The position numbers were made by a program, and so were the translations under genes. A stretch of 64,000 bases of DNA from Chitinivibrionales bacterium (GTDB lineage Bacteria > Fibrobacterota > Chitinivibrionia > Chitinivibrionales > WJKA01), in assembly GCA_038247415.1 (NCBI GenBank), contig JBBRUX010000004.1, positions 61,657 to 125,656 of the forward strand, given 5' to 3'. Each line of letters starts with the position of its first letter. Position 1 is the first letter of the stretch. Positions 8,770-18,286 of the stretch are shown here, in pieces. Under the pieces are notes generated by a model. It ran no database searches. It was not told the origin of the DNA and saw only the letters and a list, made by a program, of their open reading frames with translations.

Positions 8770-11315
8770 TGTTTTCATCGTCCAAGAAAAAAGACCCCCT
8801 GCTGCTCGCAGAAGAAATCGAAACTAACCTGAATCAGATTCAGGAGCTTCTTGCGCGCGTTGTACAGGAAAAAGAAGCCTTTGAGAAAACGATGCAGCAC
8901 CATCAAGGCGAAGTCCAACAAATCGAAGCACTCAAGCAAGAAATTGCCGATCTCAAAGCTCACAACATTCGACCATCACAACATGCTTTAGGTGCCAATG
9001 CCGACATCGATGCGAGAGTATCATCGCTGGAGGCATCTCTTAATGCACTTGCAGCTAAAGATACGCACCTTACCACCATGATTAACAAAGTAGAGGACGT
9101 TCTTAATCGCCTCGAAAAAGATGGCGCCAAAGGGCTCATTGCCGATGCTGTAAAATCGCTTGATCAGATCGAAACCCGTCACCATAAGGTGTTTACAACA
9201 CTCGAACGGCTCGAAAAAAAGGAGGCCTCTATTGCATCCTCTGTGGCACAGCTTTCGAGCACCTTATCGGATACGCAAGGCAACTTTGATACGGTCTCCC
9301 AAAAGCTGGCAAGTTTCGACGACGAAATGAATCAATTCAGATTGCTCAAAGATAAAATCGATAATCTCAATACACTTTCCGAATATGTTAAGAGCAAAAT
9401 CAAGGCACTCGAAAACCAACGGGTTGTTGTTGAAAAAGCCAACGAAGAAGCAGGAAAACTGAACACCTTGACATGGAAAATAGATGCCGACCTTCGACAT
9501 CTGGAAGATAAGGTTGTAAAGCTTGAGAAAACCGAGCGTAATATCGAGCGTATTGGCACCATGCTCGAACAAAGCCAGATATCAGTTAACGAAATACGAC
9601 AATTCCAGAAAATCATGGAACAAGCAGGAACAAAAATCGAAGAAATTCGCATTCATGACGAAGAACTTTCCAAAAAGCTCAGTGAGTTTACTGCACAAAA
9701 TAAACATATTAACGAAGTCAATGAACGCGCCCACGAAGTTCTTACCGTTTCTAAAAATGCAGAAGCATTGCTTAATACTATTACCAAACACAAACAGATG
9801 CTCGAGAATAACCATGCTCAGGTTTTGGAATATGAAAAAAATCTCGAAAAAACCCGCATCAAAATCGACGAGCTCAACCAGGAATGGGCGATTATCGATA
9901 CCATCAATCAGCGCATTGGATCGATTTCACAACGGCTGGATCAAACCGACTCCCGAATCGACACCGTTACCAAAAGTCAAAAAACGATCGAAGCATTTGA
10001 AAAGAAACTTGCCGACATTCGGGATCTCATGGACGATATTACAGCGCGCGAAAAGGTTGTGCTTGCGCAGCGAGATAATGTTTCGCTGGCAGAAACAAGC
10101 ATGGCATCATTTGTTGAAAGCGTTGCGCATCTGGAACGTAAGACTTCTGAATTATCACTTCACGAACAGCAGGTTCTTGCAGTTGCGCGCAAAATAGATG
10201 AACTCACCGTGCTTGCAGCAAAAACATCTGAGCAGATTGCGCAGACCGAAGAAAAAGCGCGTATTATTGTGGCTGTCGAAAAACAAATCGGCAACCTTGG
10301 TTCCATGGTCGACCAAATAGACGAACGGATCGATGCTCAATTGCAGCGTAAAGCAATGATTGAAACTACCGAAAAACGACTGGATCAGCTCAACTATCTT
10401 CTTGGCGATATCAATATGAAAATCCAGAGCCTGCAACGCGATCAAAAAATTGTTGAAGATGTCAGCCAACAAATATCTTCCATTTCAGTGCAATCACTGG
10501 AAGCCAAAGAAATGATGAAGCGCTTGGCCGAAGAAAAGCAAGCTCTTTTACACGAAGAGAATCGTATTCTTGAAATGCGCAAAAACCTCGAATCACTGCA
10601 AACAGAGTCAACCAGTATCCTTAATGGTTTTAGTGCCACGATTTCCGAAAGCAAAGAAACATTCTCTATTCATACCGCCCAGTTTAAATCGGTACTAGAT
10701 GAGAATAACCAACAGATTAAAACCATCGAAAAATATCGAGGGGATATTGCCAAAGCGGCGGACCAACTTAAGGATGTCGAAAAGGCACTCGATGCATTGC
10801 GTGCCGAAATGGAACTCATTGGTAGACGGGCAAATAAAATAGAAGCTATCGATACCCGTATTGAAAATGTGAATACGATTGTAGCAGATATGGAAATTAG
10901 AATAGAATCTATCGATAAAGATCGGGAAATGGTTAATACCACCCAGAAGAAAATCGATACGCTTAATTCAGTTGCAGACTCGGTTGATCGCCAAATCGAA
11001 ACTATTAACATCCGTGGCCAGGAGATCGAATCGGTAGGTCGACAGGTCGACACGCTCGCCACAGTTATGGATGATGTTGAATCCCGTATGCGTTCACTGG
11101 CGCGAGAAAAACAGGTCATCAAAGATGGCGAAAACCGAATCAATACACTCTCGTTGCTCATGGAAGATATTAAGGCACAAATTGGAAATCTTAGTTCCGA
11201 AAGCCAACGAATTCAGGATGCAATCGAAAAGACATCGGAACTTCGATTCCTTCTTGGTGAAGTTGAATCAAAACTCAACCTCTTTAGGCTCGAAAAAGAA
11301 AAGCTGAGTAAATGA
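8766..11315 (+). CDS. Large all-coiled-coil protein with 31-residue repeats
   Basis: ATGA overlaps with both neighbours; heptad-rich; no Walker A motif or TM segment seen. Confidence 0.85.
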   Translation: MMFSSSKKKDPLLLAEEIETNLNQIQELLARVVQEKEAFEKTMQHHQGEVQQIEALKQEIADLKAHNIRPSQHALGANADIDARVSSLEASLNALAAKDTHLTTMINKVEDVLNRLEKDGAKGLIADAVKSLDQIETRHHKVFTTLERLEKKEASIASSVAQLSSTLSDTQGNFDTVSQKLASFDDEMNQFRLLKDKIDNLNTLSEYVKSKIKALENQRVVVEKANEEAGKLNTLTWKIDADLRHLEDKVVKLEKTERNIERIGTMLEQSQISVNEIRQFQKIMEQAGTKIEEIRIHDEELSKKLSEFTAQNKHINEVNERAHEVLTVSKNAEALLNTITKHKQMLENNHAQVLEYEKNLEKTRIKIDELNQEWAIIDTINQRIGSISQRLDQTDSRIDTVTKSQKTIEAFEKKLADIRDLMDDITAREKVVLAQRDNVSLAETSMASFVESVAHLERKTSELSLHEQQVLAVARKIDELTVLAAKTSEQIAQTEEKARIIVAVEKQIGNLGSMVDQIDERIDAQLQRKAMIETTEKRLDQLNYLLGDINMKIQSLQRDQKIVEDVSQQISSISVQSLEAKEMMKRLAEEKQALLHEENRILEMRKNLESLQTESTSILNGFSATISESKETFSIHTAQFKSVLDENNQQIKTIEKYRGDIAKAADQLKDVEKALDALRAEMELIGRRANKIEAIDTRIENVNTIVADMEIRIESIDKDREMVNTTQKKIDTLNSVADSVDRQIETINIRGQEIESVGRQVDTLATVMDDVESRMRSLAREKQVIKDGENRINTLSLLMEDIKAQIGNLSSESQRIQDAIEKTSELRFLLGEVESKLNLFRLEKEKLSK

Positions 11316-13468
11316 CCGACCTGCTGACAGATTGCTTTACAGACCAGATTCGCGAGATTAACCCTCGTCTTAATCTTGATCTCATCGAAAAGGCGTATAA
11401 GCTTTCGCTGTCAGCTCACAAAGATCAAAAGAGAAAATCGGGCGAGCCGTATATCCGCCACCCTATGGCAGTTGCAATTATCCTTGCCGAACAAAAGCTC
11501 GATTCAGTTACCATTGCCGCAGCCCTGCTTCACGACGTTCTCGAAGATACGCCCATAACACTTGCACGCCTTATCGAGGATTTTGGCGAAGAAATTGCCC
11601 AGCTCGTTGACGGCGTGACTAAAATTCGTACATTCGAAATCAAAAACCGCGAAGAACGACAAGCCGAAACATACCGAAAAATGCTCCTGTCGATGGCCAA
11701 AGATATCCGGGTCATTATCATAAAATTTGCCGATCGCCTTCACAATTTAAGAACCCTCGATGCGCTCTCGCCGGAACGTATTGCCGCAATAGCAAGCGAA
11801 ACACTCGATATTTATGCCCCTCTCGCCCACCGTCTTGGTATGGCAAAAATCAAATGGGAACTCGAGGACCTTGCTTTTAAATACCTTTACCCCGAAGATT
11901 ATAAAAATGTTGTTGCCAAAGTAGTAGGAAGTCGAAATGAGCGCGAAAAACTTATCGACTCCTTTACTATTCCGCTTCGCCAAAAAGTTGCATCAGAAAA
12001 TATTACCGCAACAATTATTGGACGGCCAAAGCATTTTTACAGCATTTATCGCAAAATGGCCAATGCAACAAAGAGCTTCGAAGAAATTTACGACTTGCTG
12101 GCCATTCGCGTTATTACAAGCGATCTGCGCGCGTGCTATGCGATTCTTGGCCTTGTGCATTCACTCTGGAAACCAATTGCCGATCGATTTAAAGATTATA
12201 TCAGTATGCCAAAATCAAATGGATACCAATCGTTACATACAACCGTTGTAGGCGATAGCGGTAACATTGTTGAAATACAAATAAGAACGTGGGAAATGAA
12301 CCAAGTTGCCGAAGACGGCATCGCAGCGCATTGGCTTTACAAAGAAGGCGAAAACAGTGGTTTTTCTACCGACGACCACCAACTTGCATGGCTTAAAAAC
12401 CTGATCGAATGGCAAAAAGACCTCACCGATTCTGCAGAATTTGTTGAATTTTTTAAAATCGACCTTTACCATGCGGAGATATTTGTTTTTACCCCTAAGG
12501 GCGACCTTATTTCGCTTCCCAAGGGTGCCACGGTGTTAGATTTTGCCTTCGCTGTGCATACCGACCTTGGAATTCATTGTGTTGGAGCAAAAGTAGATGG
12601 CAAGATCGAGCCACTCAACACCCTCCTGCGCAGCGGCTTTACCGTTGACATTTTGCATAGCAATTCAAAGACTCCTTCAATCGACTGGCTTACCGATGTT
12701 CACACACCAAAAGGCAGATCTGCTTTACGGCGATGGTTTAAAAATACCGGAAAGCGTGAATCGATTGATCTTGGCAAGAAGATTTTGCGGTCTCATTTCA
12801 ACAAGCTGCACTTAGCCTCTCCTTTTTCGGAATTTGTGCCAACGCTCCTCTCGTCTCTGGGGATAAATCATCTCGAACGGCTGTATGAGCTTATTGGCAA
12901 TGGAGAATTACCCGTTGCGCGCGTAATGCGGTATCTCAACGAACATCGCAAGCATCAATCGATGCCATCGCGCGTGGTTTCTAAAATTGTCAATTCTATT
13001 CGACCTAAAAGCCCTGGAATTATTGTTGGAGATACCGATAATGTCATGGTTCGATTCGCGAATTGCTGCAATCCGATTCCTGGCGATCCCATAACCGGAT
13101 TTGTTACACGCGGCCGTGGCATTGTGGTCCATCACGCCGATTGCCCTAATTTAGCCTATATCTCGCGTGATGAAGAACGGCTTATGAGCGTATCATGGGA
13201 TGACCATCACGATCGTCAATATTTTGTTTCTTTGGAAATTCTGGCAACCGATAGGTCTGGACTTTTGCACGATGTTACGGGAGTATTTAGTAATTTTGGA
13301 GCAGATGTAATAGATGGGTCACTTACTACTGTGCGGGATCAGGTTCGCAATATTTTTAAGCTCAAAATACAAAATAAGAATCAACTTAAGCAGATTATAG
13401 ATCGGCTACAAAAAATCAAAGGCATCGAAAAAGTTACCCGCACCCGTGACGCCGGATACGGGAAATAA
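11312..13468 (+). CDS. rel: Bifunctional (p)ppGpp synthetase/hydrolase, long RSH
   Basis: RKSGEPYIRHP, intact LLHDVLEDT hydrolase motif, RFKDY, YQSLHT, EIQIRT, TGS, CCNPIPGD zinc finger and ACT domain. Confidence 0.97.
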   Translation: MTDLLTDCFTDQIREINPRLNLDLIEKAYKLSLSAHKDQKRKSGEPYIRHPMAVAIILAEQKLDSVTIAAALLHDVLEDTPITLARLIEDFGEEIAQLVDGVTKIRTFEIKNREERQAETYRKMLLSMAKDIRVIIIKFADRLHNLRTLDALSPERIAAIASETLDIYAPLAHRLGMAKIKWELEDLAFKYLYPEDYKNVVAKVVGSRNEREKLIDSFTIPLRQKVASENITATIIGRPKHFYSIYRKMANATKSFEEIYDLLAIRVITSDLRACYAILGLVHSLWKPIADRFKDYISMPKSNGYQSLHTTVVGDSGNIVEIQIRTWEMNQVAEDGIAAHWLYKEGENSGFSTDDHQLAWLKNLIEWQKDLTDSAEFVEFFKIDLYHAEIFVFTPKGDLISLPKGATVLDFAFAVHTDLGIHCVGAKVDGKIEPLNTLLRSGFTVDILHSNSKTPSIDWLTDVHTPKGRSALRRWFKNTGKRESIDLGKKILRSHFNKLHLASPFSEFVPTLLSSLGINHLERLYELIGNGELPVARVMRYLNEHRKHQSMPSRVVSKIVNSIRPKSPGIIVGDTDNVMVRFANCCNPIPGDPITGFVTRGRGIVVHHADCPNLAYISRDEERLMSVSWDDHHDRQYFVSLEILATDRSGLLHDVTGVFSNFGADVIDGSLTTVRDQVRNIFKLKIQNKNQLKQIIDRLQKIKGIEKVTRTRDAGYGK

Positions 13469-13517
13469 ACACATCAGTTTTAGGCATAACCACAAAAAGC
13501 ATGCGTGATTTCTAATG

Positions 13518-14069
13518 CTACTCCGTAAAGGGGGTTACAAAATCTTTAAAAAAGCTGAGCTTGCTATCTTTTTCAGATAGAATTGGTTGCACAACCGGCC
13601 AGACAATTCCTAAATCGGGATCATTCCATCGGAGCCCACTATCACACTCTGCCGAATAGAGAGCATCTGTTTTATACACAACTTCTGTTCGCTCTGTGAG
13701 TGTACAAAAGCTATGAGCAAAACCAGCAGGAACAAATACCATTTTAAAATTTTCCGATGTTAATTCAAACCCTTCCCACATCCCATAGGTTGGAGAATTT
13801 CTTCGCAGATCCACAATAACATCGTATATTGCCCCTTGTATAACCCGAATAAGCTTTGCTTGTGCGTGCGGCGGCTTTTGGAAATGAAGCCCTCGTACAA
13901 CTCCAATCCCAAGCGAAAGAGAATGATTGTCCTGCACAAAACACGCAGAAATTCCCTCTGCTGCAAACGCCCGGAGGGAATACGACTCAAGAAAAAATCC
14001 GCGATTATCACGAAAGACCCGCGGTTCTAGAATGCATGCATCTTTAAGCTTAGAATCTATTCGCTCCAT
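13518..14069 (-). CDS. rfbC: dTDP-4-dehydrorhamnose 3,5-epimerase
   Basis: DNRGFFLES, QDNHSLS, RGLHFQ and DLRRNSPTYG motifs. Confidence 0.96.
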   Translation of the reverse strand: MERIDSKLKDACILEPRVFRDNRGFFLESYSLRAFAAEGISACFVQDNHSLSLGIGVVRGLHFQKPPHAQAKLIRVIQGAIYDVIVDLRRNSPTYGMWEGFELTSENFKMVFVPAGFAHSFCTLTERTEVVYKTDALYSAECDSGLRWNDPDLGIVWPVVQPILSEKDSKLSFFKDFVTPFTE

Positions 14070-14081
14070 AAAAAGTTCCTT

Positions 14082-14948
14082 TTATTCAGAAGCTAACCGT
14101 ATAAGGTATTGTCCATAGGTATTTTTTTTCATTGGTTCTGCAAGTGCAAGAAGTTCTTCTTTTGATATATAGCCTAAACGAAAGGAAATTTCTTCTGGGC
14201 AGCTTACTTTAAGTCCTTGACGTTCCTGGATAGTCTCAACAAATACTGCAGCCTGCAACATCGATTCACATGTTCCGGTGTCGAGCCAGGCAATACCCCG
14301 CCCTAAAAGCGTCACGCTTAATTCGTTGTTACGCAAATAAATTGCGTTGAGATCGGTAATTTCTAGCTCTCCCCGTGGAGAGGGCGCCAAATTCGCAGCA
14401 TACTCAACAACGCGATTATCATAAAAATAAAGGCCTGTTACAGCATAGTTAGACTTTGGTTCTGCAGGCTTTTCTTCCAAGCGGATAGCCTTGCCACTTT
14501 TGTCAAGTTCCACAACGCCGTATCGTTGTGGATCATGTACCCAATATCCAAACACTGTAGCGCCCGTTTTAATTTCGGCCGCGCGTACAAGGTCTTTAAC
14601 CAGATCATGTCCCCAGAAAATATTATCGCCAAGAACAAGTGCTACAGAATCTGCGCCAACAAACTCTTTACCAATAATAAATGCCTGAGCAAGCCCTTCG
14701 GGTTTTGGCTGTATTGCAAAGGTAAACGAAAGCCCCCATTGAGAGCCATCAGAAAGAAGGCGTTTAAATGCTGCAGAATCTTCTGGTGTTGTAATAATAA
14801 GCATTTCTCGAATACCCGCGAGCATCAAAATCGAGAGGGGATAATAAATCATGGGCTTATCGTACACGGGAACCAATTGTTTGCTCACCGCTTTTGTCAT
14901 TGGGTAGAGCCGGGTTCCGGAACCACCTGCCAAAATAATACCTTTCAT
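14082..14948 (-). CDS. rfbA: Glucose-1-phosphate thymidylyltransferase
   Basis: [40 protein letters not shown] and WLDTGT motifs. Confidence 0.98.
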   Translation of the reverse strand: MKGIILAGGSGTRLYPMTKAVSKQLVPVYDKPMIYYPLSILMLAGIREMLIITTPEDSAAFKRLLSDGSQWGLSFTFAIQPKPEGLAQAFIIGKEFVGADSVALVLGDNIFWGHDLVKDLVRAAEIKTGATVFGYWVHDPQRYGVVELDKSGKAIRLEEKPAEPKSNYAVTGLYFYDNRVVEYAANLAPSPRGELEITDLNAIYLRNNELSVTLLGRGIAWLDTGTCESMLQAAVFVETIQERQGLKVSCPEEISFRLGYISKEELLALAEPMKKNTYGQYLIRLASE

Positions 14949-15097
14949 ACCGATAGATTCCTCTCTGAGTAGCGGATACTAAAAACATCTCCTAGAATGC
15001 AGTTATTAGTATAAAATAGTTTTGCGCCTACATTCTCATTACATTCCTTCGCCCTTTTTAGAAATTCGGCTTAGGCGCAATGAACTATTTTTAATTC

Positions 15098-16033
15098 ATG
15101 GAACAGGACGCTCTGCACACCAATCCGTTTCCCGGTGAAATCGGCACAGCGATATACGGTTTTATCAACTACCTTCAAAAACAACGAATGTATTCTCCTC
15201 ATACTATTGTTGCTTATACCCACGATCTAACTAACTTTTGCACGTTTGGTACAAAGAACACCTCCTCCACAGCCCTTGCCCCAATCATGACGCGAGGTAT
15301 TCTGCGCGCCTTTACCTACTCCCTCAATGAAGAAGGCCTTAAACCCAGAACAATCTCTCGATCCGTTGCAGCGCTCAAATCTTTTTCCAAATACTGTGTT
15401 CGCAACAAGCTCCTCGCGGCCGATGTCGGCAAAACCATAGTTTCTCCAAAACTTGACAAACCACTGCCAGTATTTCTCAGCGAGCAGCAAACAAATGGCC
15501 TTAACCACACGGCTTGCGCCGATCCTGAATCGCTGCGCAATAACACCATAGTAGAACTCTTTTATGGCACAGGCATGCGGCTTTCGGAACTGCATGCGCT
15601 TAATGCAAATACCATCGACTGCAACCGCAATCTGGTTCGAGTGCGTGGCAAAGGAAACAAAGAACGGATTATCCCGGTAACACAAACTGCCATCGACCTC
15701 CTTACGACATATCTTGCGCATTGCCGAGGAACTGGCGCTCCAGCAGATGCCCTGTTTATAAACAAACAGGGCCAAAGAATTTCAAAACGCCAGATAGAGC
15801 GAATTGTAGCGTCATCTCTTTCCAGTGTAAGCTCAAACAAAAAACGCAGCCCGCACGTGTTACGACACACCTTTGCCACCCATTTGCTCGATCACGGCGC
15901 CGATATACGTGCCGTCAAAGAGCTTTTAGGGCACGCGTCGCTTGCAACAACACAAATTTATACTCATATTTCAAAAGAGCACCTTAAAAAAACCTACGAA
16001 CGCGCTCATCCGCGTGCAGAATTATTGCCATAA
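15098..16033 (+). CDS. xerC: Tyrosine recombinase XerC
   Basis: SAM-like N-terminal domain; ELFYGTGMRLSE, GKGNKER, HVLRHTFATHLL, LLGHASLATTQIYTH and YERAHPRA. Confidence 0.9.
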   Translation: MEQDALHTNPFPGEIGTAIYGFINYLQKQRMYSPHTIVAYTHDLTNFCTFGTKNTSSTALAPIMTRGILRAFTYSLNEEGLKPRTISRSVAALKSFSKYCVRNKLLAADVGKTIVSPKLDKPLPVFLSEQQTNGLNHTACADPESLRNNTIVELFYGTGMRLSELHALNANTIDCNRNLVRVRGKGNKERIIPVTQTAIDLLTTYLAHCRGTGAPADALFINKQGQRISKRQIERIVASSLSSVSSNKKRSPHVLRHTFATHLLDHGADIRAVKELLGHASLATTQIYTHISKEHLKKTYERAHPRAELLP

Positions 16034-16180
16034 ACCGCATAAACGAACACTACAATGAATTTTGTTCGTAGCGGGATCCAAGTGAAATCACAAGAATACA
16101 CTTCCGGTTATTTTAGCTAGAGAAACCCCAGAGGATGTGGTACATTATATACAGAAGCCATGATAGTGTAGTTGATTCTA

Positions 16181-16218
16181 GGGAGCGTTTCAAGGTCGAA
16201 GAAACGTTCCCCTTTTTT
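16181..16218 (+). terminator. Intrinsic terminator-like hairpin just upstream of the TIGR02147 gene
   Basis: GGGAGCGTTTC-N9-GAAACGTTCCC followed by CTTTTTT. Confidence 0.6.
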
Positions 16219-16253
16219 AAAACAGGCTCTACCTAAAGAAACCAGATCTTATT

Positions 16254-17099
16254 ATGAATATTTCCATTTTCACCTATACCGATTATCGTATTTTCCTAGC
16301 GGCTGCGTTTGATGAGCACAAGCAGAAATCTCCCTTTTATTCGTATCGTCTTTTTTCTCAAAAAGCTGGTTTTGCATCACCTAATTTTCTAAAACTGGTG
16401 ATTGATGCAAAACGCAATCTAACGAAAGAGAGCGTTTTTAAATGTGCCAAGGCGTTGGGTCTTGGACGCAAAGAAGCAGACTACTTTGAAAACTTAGTAT
16501 TTTATTGTCAGAGTAAAACAGACGAAGAAAAAAAATCGTACTGGTCAAGACTTGTACGGTTTAGAGAAAGTAAATCTGCCAAAAAAATAGAAGTAGCAGA
16601 ATACAATTATTACTCTTTTTGGTACAACCCTGTAATACGTGAACTGGTAACCATGTGCGATTTTGGTGACGATTACAAAAAGCTTGGCCATGCGGTTCTA
16701 CCGGCAATTAGCGCCCTTGAGGCAGAACGCAGTGTAGCCCTTTTGTGTAAACTTGGATTCATCTCTAAAGGTGAAGATACCCGTTATCATCTCACAGATC
16801 CAACGCTTACCACAGGACCACAAGCTCCCTCACCTTCAATTGCGGCTTACCATCGCACGATGCTTGCAAAAGCTGCAGAATCTATCGATAGAACTCCTTC
16901 TCACTTGCGCGATATTACCAGTGTAACGGTGGGGATATCGCCCAATTCCATGAAGGCCATGACCGAACGCGTACGACAATTCCGCGCAGAAATGCTTGAA
17001 ATAGCAGAAAATGATGCCAATCCCACTCAAATGATTCAGTTCAATTTCCAGCTTTTTCCCGTTTCAGAAACAATCGCTTTGACAGAGGATCGCACATGA
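16254..17099 (+). CDS. TIGR02147 family protein (N-terminal HTH-like, C-terminal DUF4423-like)
   Basis: IFTYTDYRIFL...FSQKAGFASPNFLKLVIDAKRNL...YFENLVFY...YYSFWYNPVIRELV...RDITSVT...QFNFQLFPVS signature. Confidence 0.9.
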   Translation: MNISIFTYTDYRIFLAAAFDEHKQKSPFYSYRLFSQKAGFASPNFLKLVIDAKRNLTKESVFKCAKALGLGRKEADYFENLVFYCQSKTDEEKKSYWSRLVRFRESKSAKKIEVAEYNYYSFWYNPVIRELVTMCDFGDDYKKLGHAVLPAISALEAERSVALLCKLGFISKGEDTRYHLTDPTLTTGPQAPSPSIAAYHRTMLAKAAESIDRTPSHLRDITSVTVGISPNSMKAMTERVRQFRAEMLEIAENDANPTQMIQFNFQLFPVSETIALTEDRT

Positions 17100-18274
17100 A
17101 GCGCATAACGCTCATCGCGCTGTGCGTGGGAAGCATCCTCGTTTATCTAGGACTACTAAGCGGTTGCACACAAACGGTTGGTACCGAAACTGGCAATCCA
17201 ATTGTTATAGCTACGGCTATGGCATCCCAAACTCAGCTCGCTCTTGACGTTGGTGAATATTGGCATCCAACATCGTTTGTCTCGCCGTTAAACGACCTCA
17301 CGGGCATGAAAAAATCGTTAGCATCTTCACCCGACTCGGTACACCTTGGTGATAGTATGCTTGTGATAATAGCACTTATTTCTAAAACAGACACCTCCTT
17401 TTCTCATATACCTCAATGGGTCTCTCGCGACACCATTATTTCATTTAGTAAACTTGACACATTCTGCGAGGTGCGCAATGCTCAAAGAATATGTTCAATC
17501 GATTCGCTTTTCTCGCTCGATACGATCACCACAACATTCGATACTGCACGCACCGACACCATTCTGAACTCTTACAGTATTAAAACTATTAGCATCTTAA
17601 CAAAATGCAATAATCAATGGGGCAAAAACACTCAAATAGATTCAACCATCTACGAGAATGGGCAGCGTATACAGAGCGGATATATCACCTATGACCCTTG
17701 CTCGAATGTCGTCGTCGCTAGGGCAGATGGGCAAAAAAATGTAGGGGCTCCCATTGTTGGGCAACTAAGTTTAAAGCCGTTCAACTACATCTATATTACT
17801 CCAGAGTTCACCAATTTCGGATCCCGCATAACAACCATTAATAACATTGTTGTGGAAAAAATATCGTTTACTAAAACAGATTCTCTGTTGAATATATATC
17901 AAATTTTCCCATCTCCGCTGGACAGCATACAATCGCGTACTGTTGGATTTATTCTGGATGCTGGGCAAAACCTCTCTTCCCCATCGGATGACCAACTTTT
18001 TCGCATCAAACGCAGGGTCGATTTTCGTTCTGGCCCGCTTAAAAGCCTGGGATGCATGCTCAGCTTCGATGAAACCACGAGGGTGAAAGGTTTGGCAACA
18101 CCTAAAAGAGCTATTGCCGAAGTTGAAGTAATCGACACAAGTGACAATGTAGGATCATTCTACGGTGTAGTAGACGTTCTTGCCGGCCTTCATGGACAGC
18201 TTTTGTGGAATTTTAAGAAATATCAAATCGATGTCGATACTAATGGGTTTGCTGACATCGTAGAAATTAAATGA
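17096..18274 (+). CDS. Lipoprotein of unknown function with GTETGNP motif
   Basis: Signal peptide with LSGC lipobox; ATGA overlap with the TIGR02147 stop. Confidence 0.8.
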   Translation: MKRITLIALCVGSILVYLGLLSGCTQTVGTETGNPIVIATAMASQTQLALDVGEYWHPTSFVSPLNDLTGMKKSLASSPDSVHLGDSMLVIIALISKTDTSFSHIPQWVSRDTIISFSKLDTFCEVRNAQRICSIDSLFSLDTITTTFDTARTDTILNSYSIKTISILTKCNNQWGKNTQIDSTIYENGQRIQSGYITYDPCSNVVVARADGQKNVGAPIVGQLSLKPFNYIYITPEFTNFGSRITTINNIVVEKISFTKTDSLLNIYQIFPSPLDSIQSRTVGFILDAGQNLSSPSDDQLFRIKRRVDFRSGPLKSLGCMLSFDETTRVKGLATPKRAIAEVEVIDTSDNVGSFYGVVDVLAGLHGQLLWNFKKYQIDVDTNGFADIVEIK

Positions 18275-18286
18275 TATACTTTCTAA

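Noticed and set aside
9523..10197. 224-aa alternative-frame ORF and similar shadow ORFs (e.g. 55567-56181, 53747-54367, 15227-15775)
   Set aside because: They lie wholly within well-supported genes, have no motifs, and are explained by codon bias
8766..11315. SMC/SbcC or phage tape-measure protein
   Set aside because: No Walker A/B motifs, hinge or TM segments, and the context is housekeeping rather than phage
15098..16033. Tyrosine recombinase as a prophage or island integrase
   Set aside because: Size and motifs (HPRA tail, SAM-like N-terminal domain) are those of chromosomal XerC; no att sites or phage genes nearby
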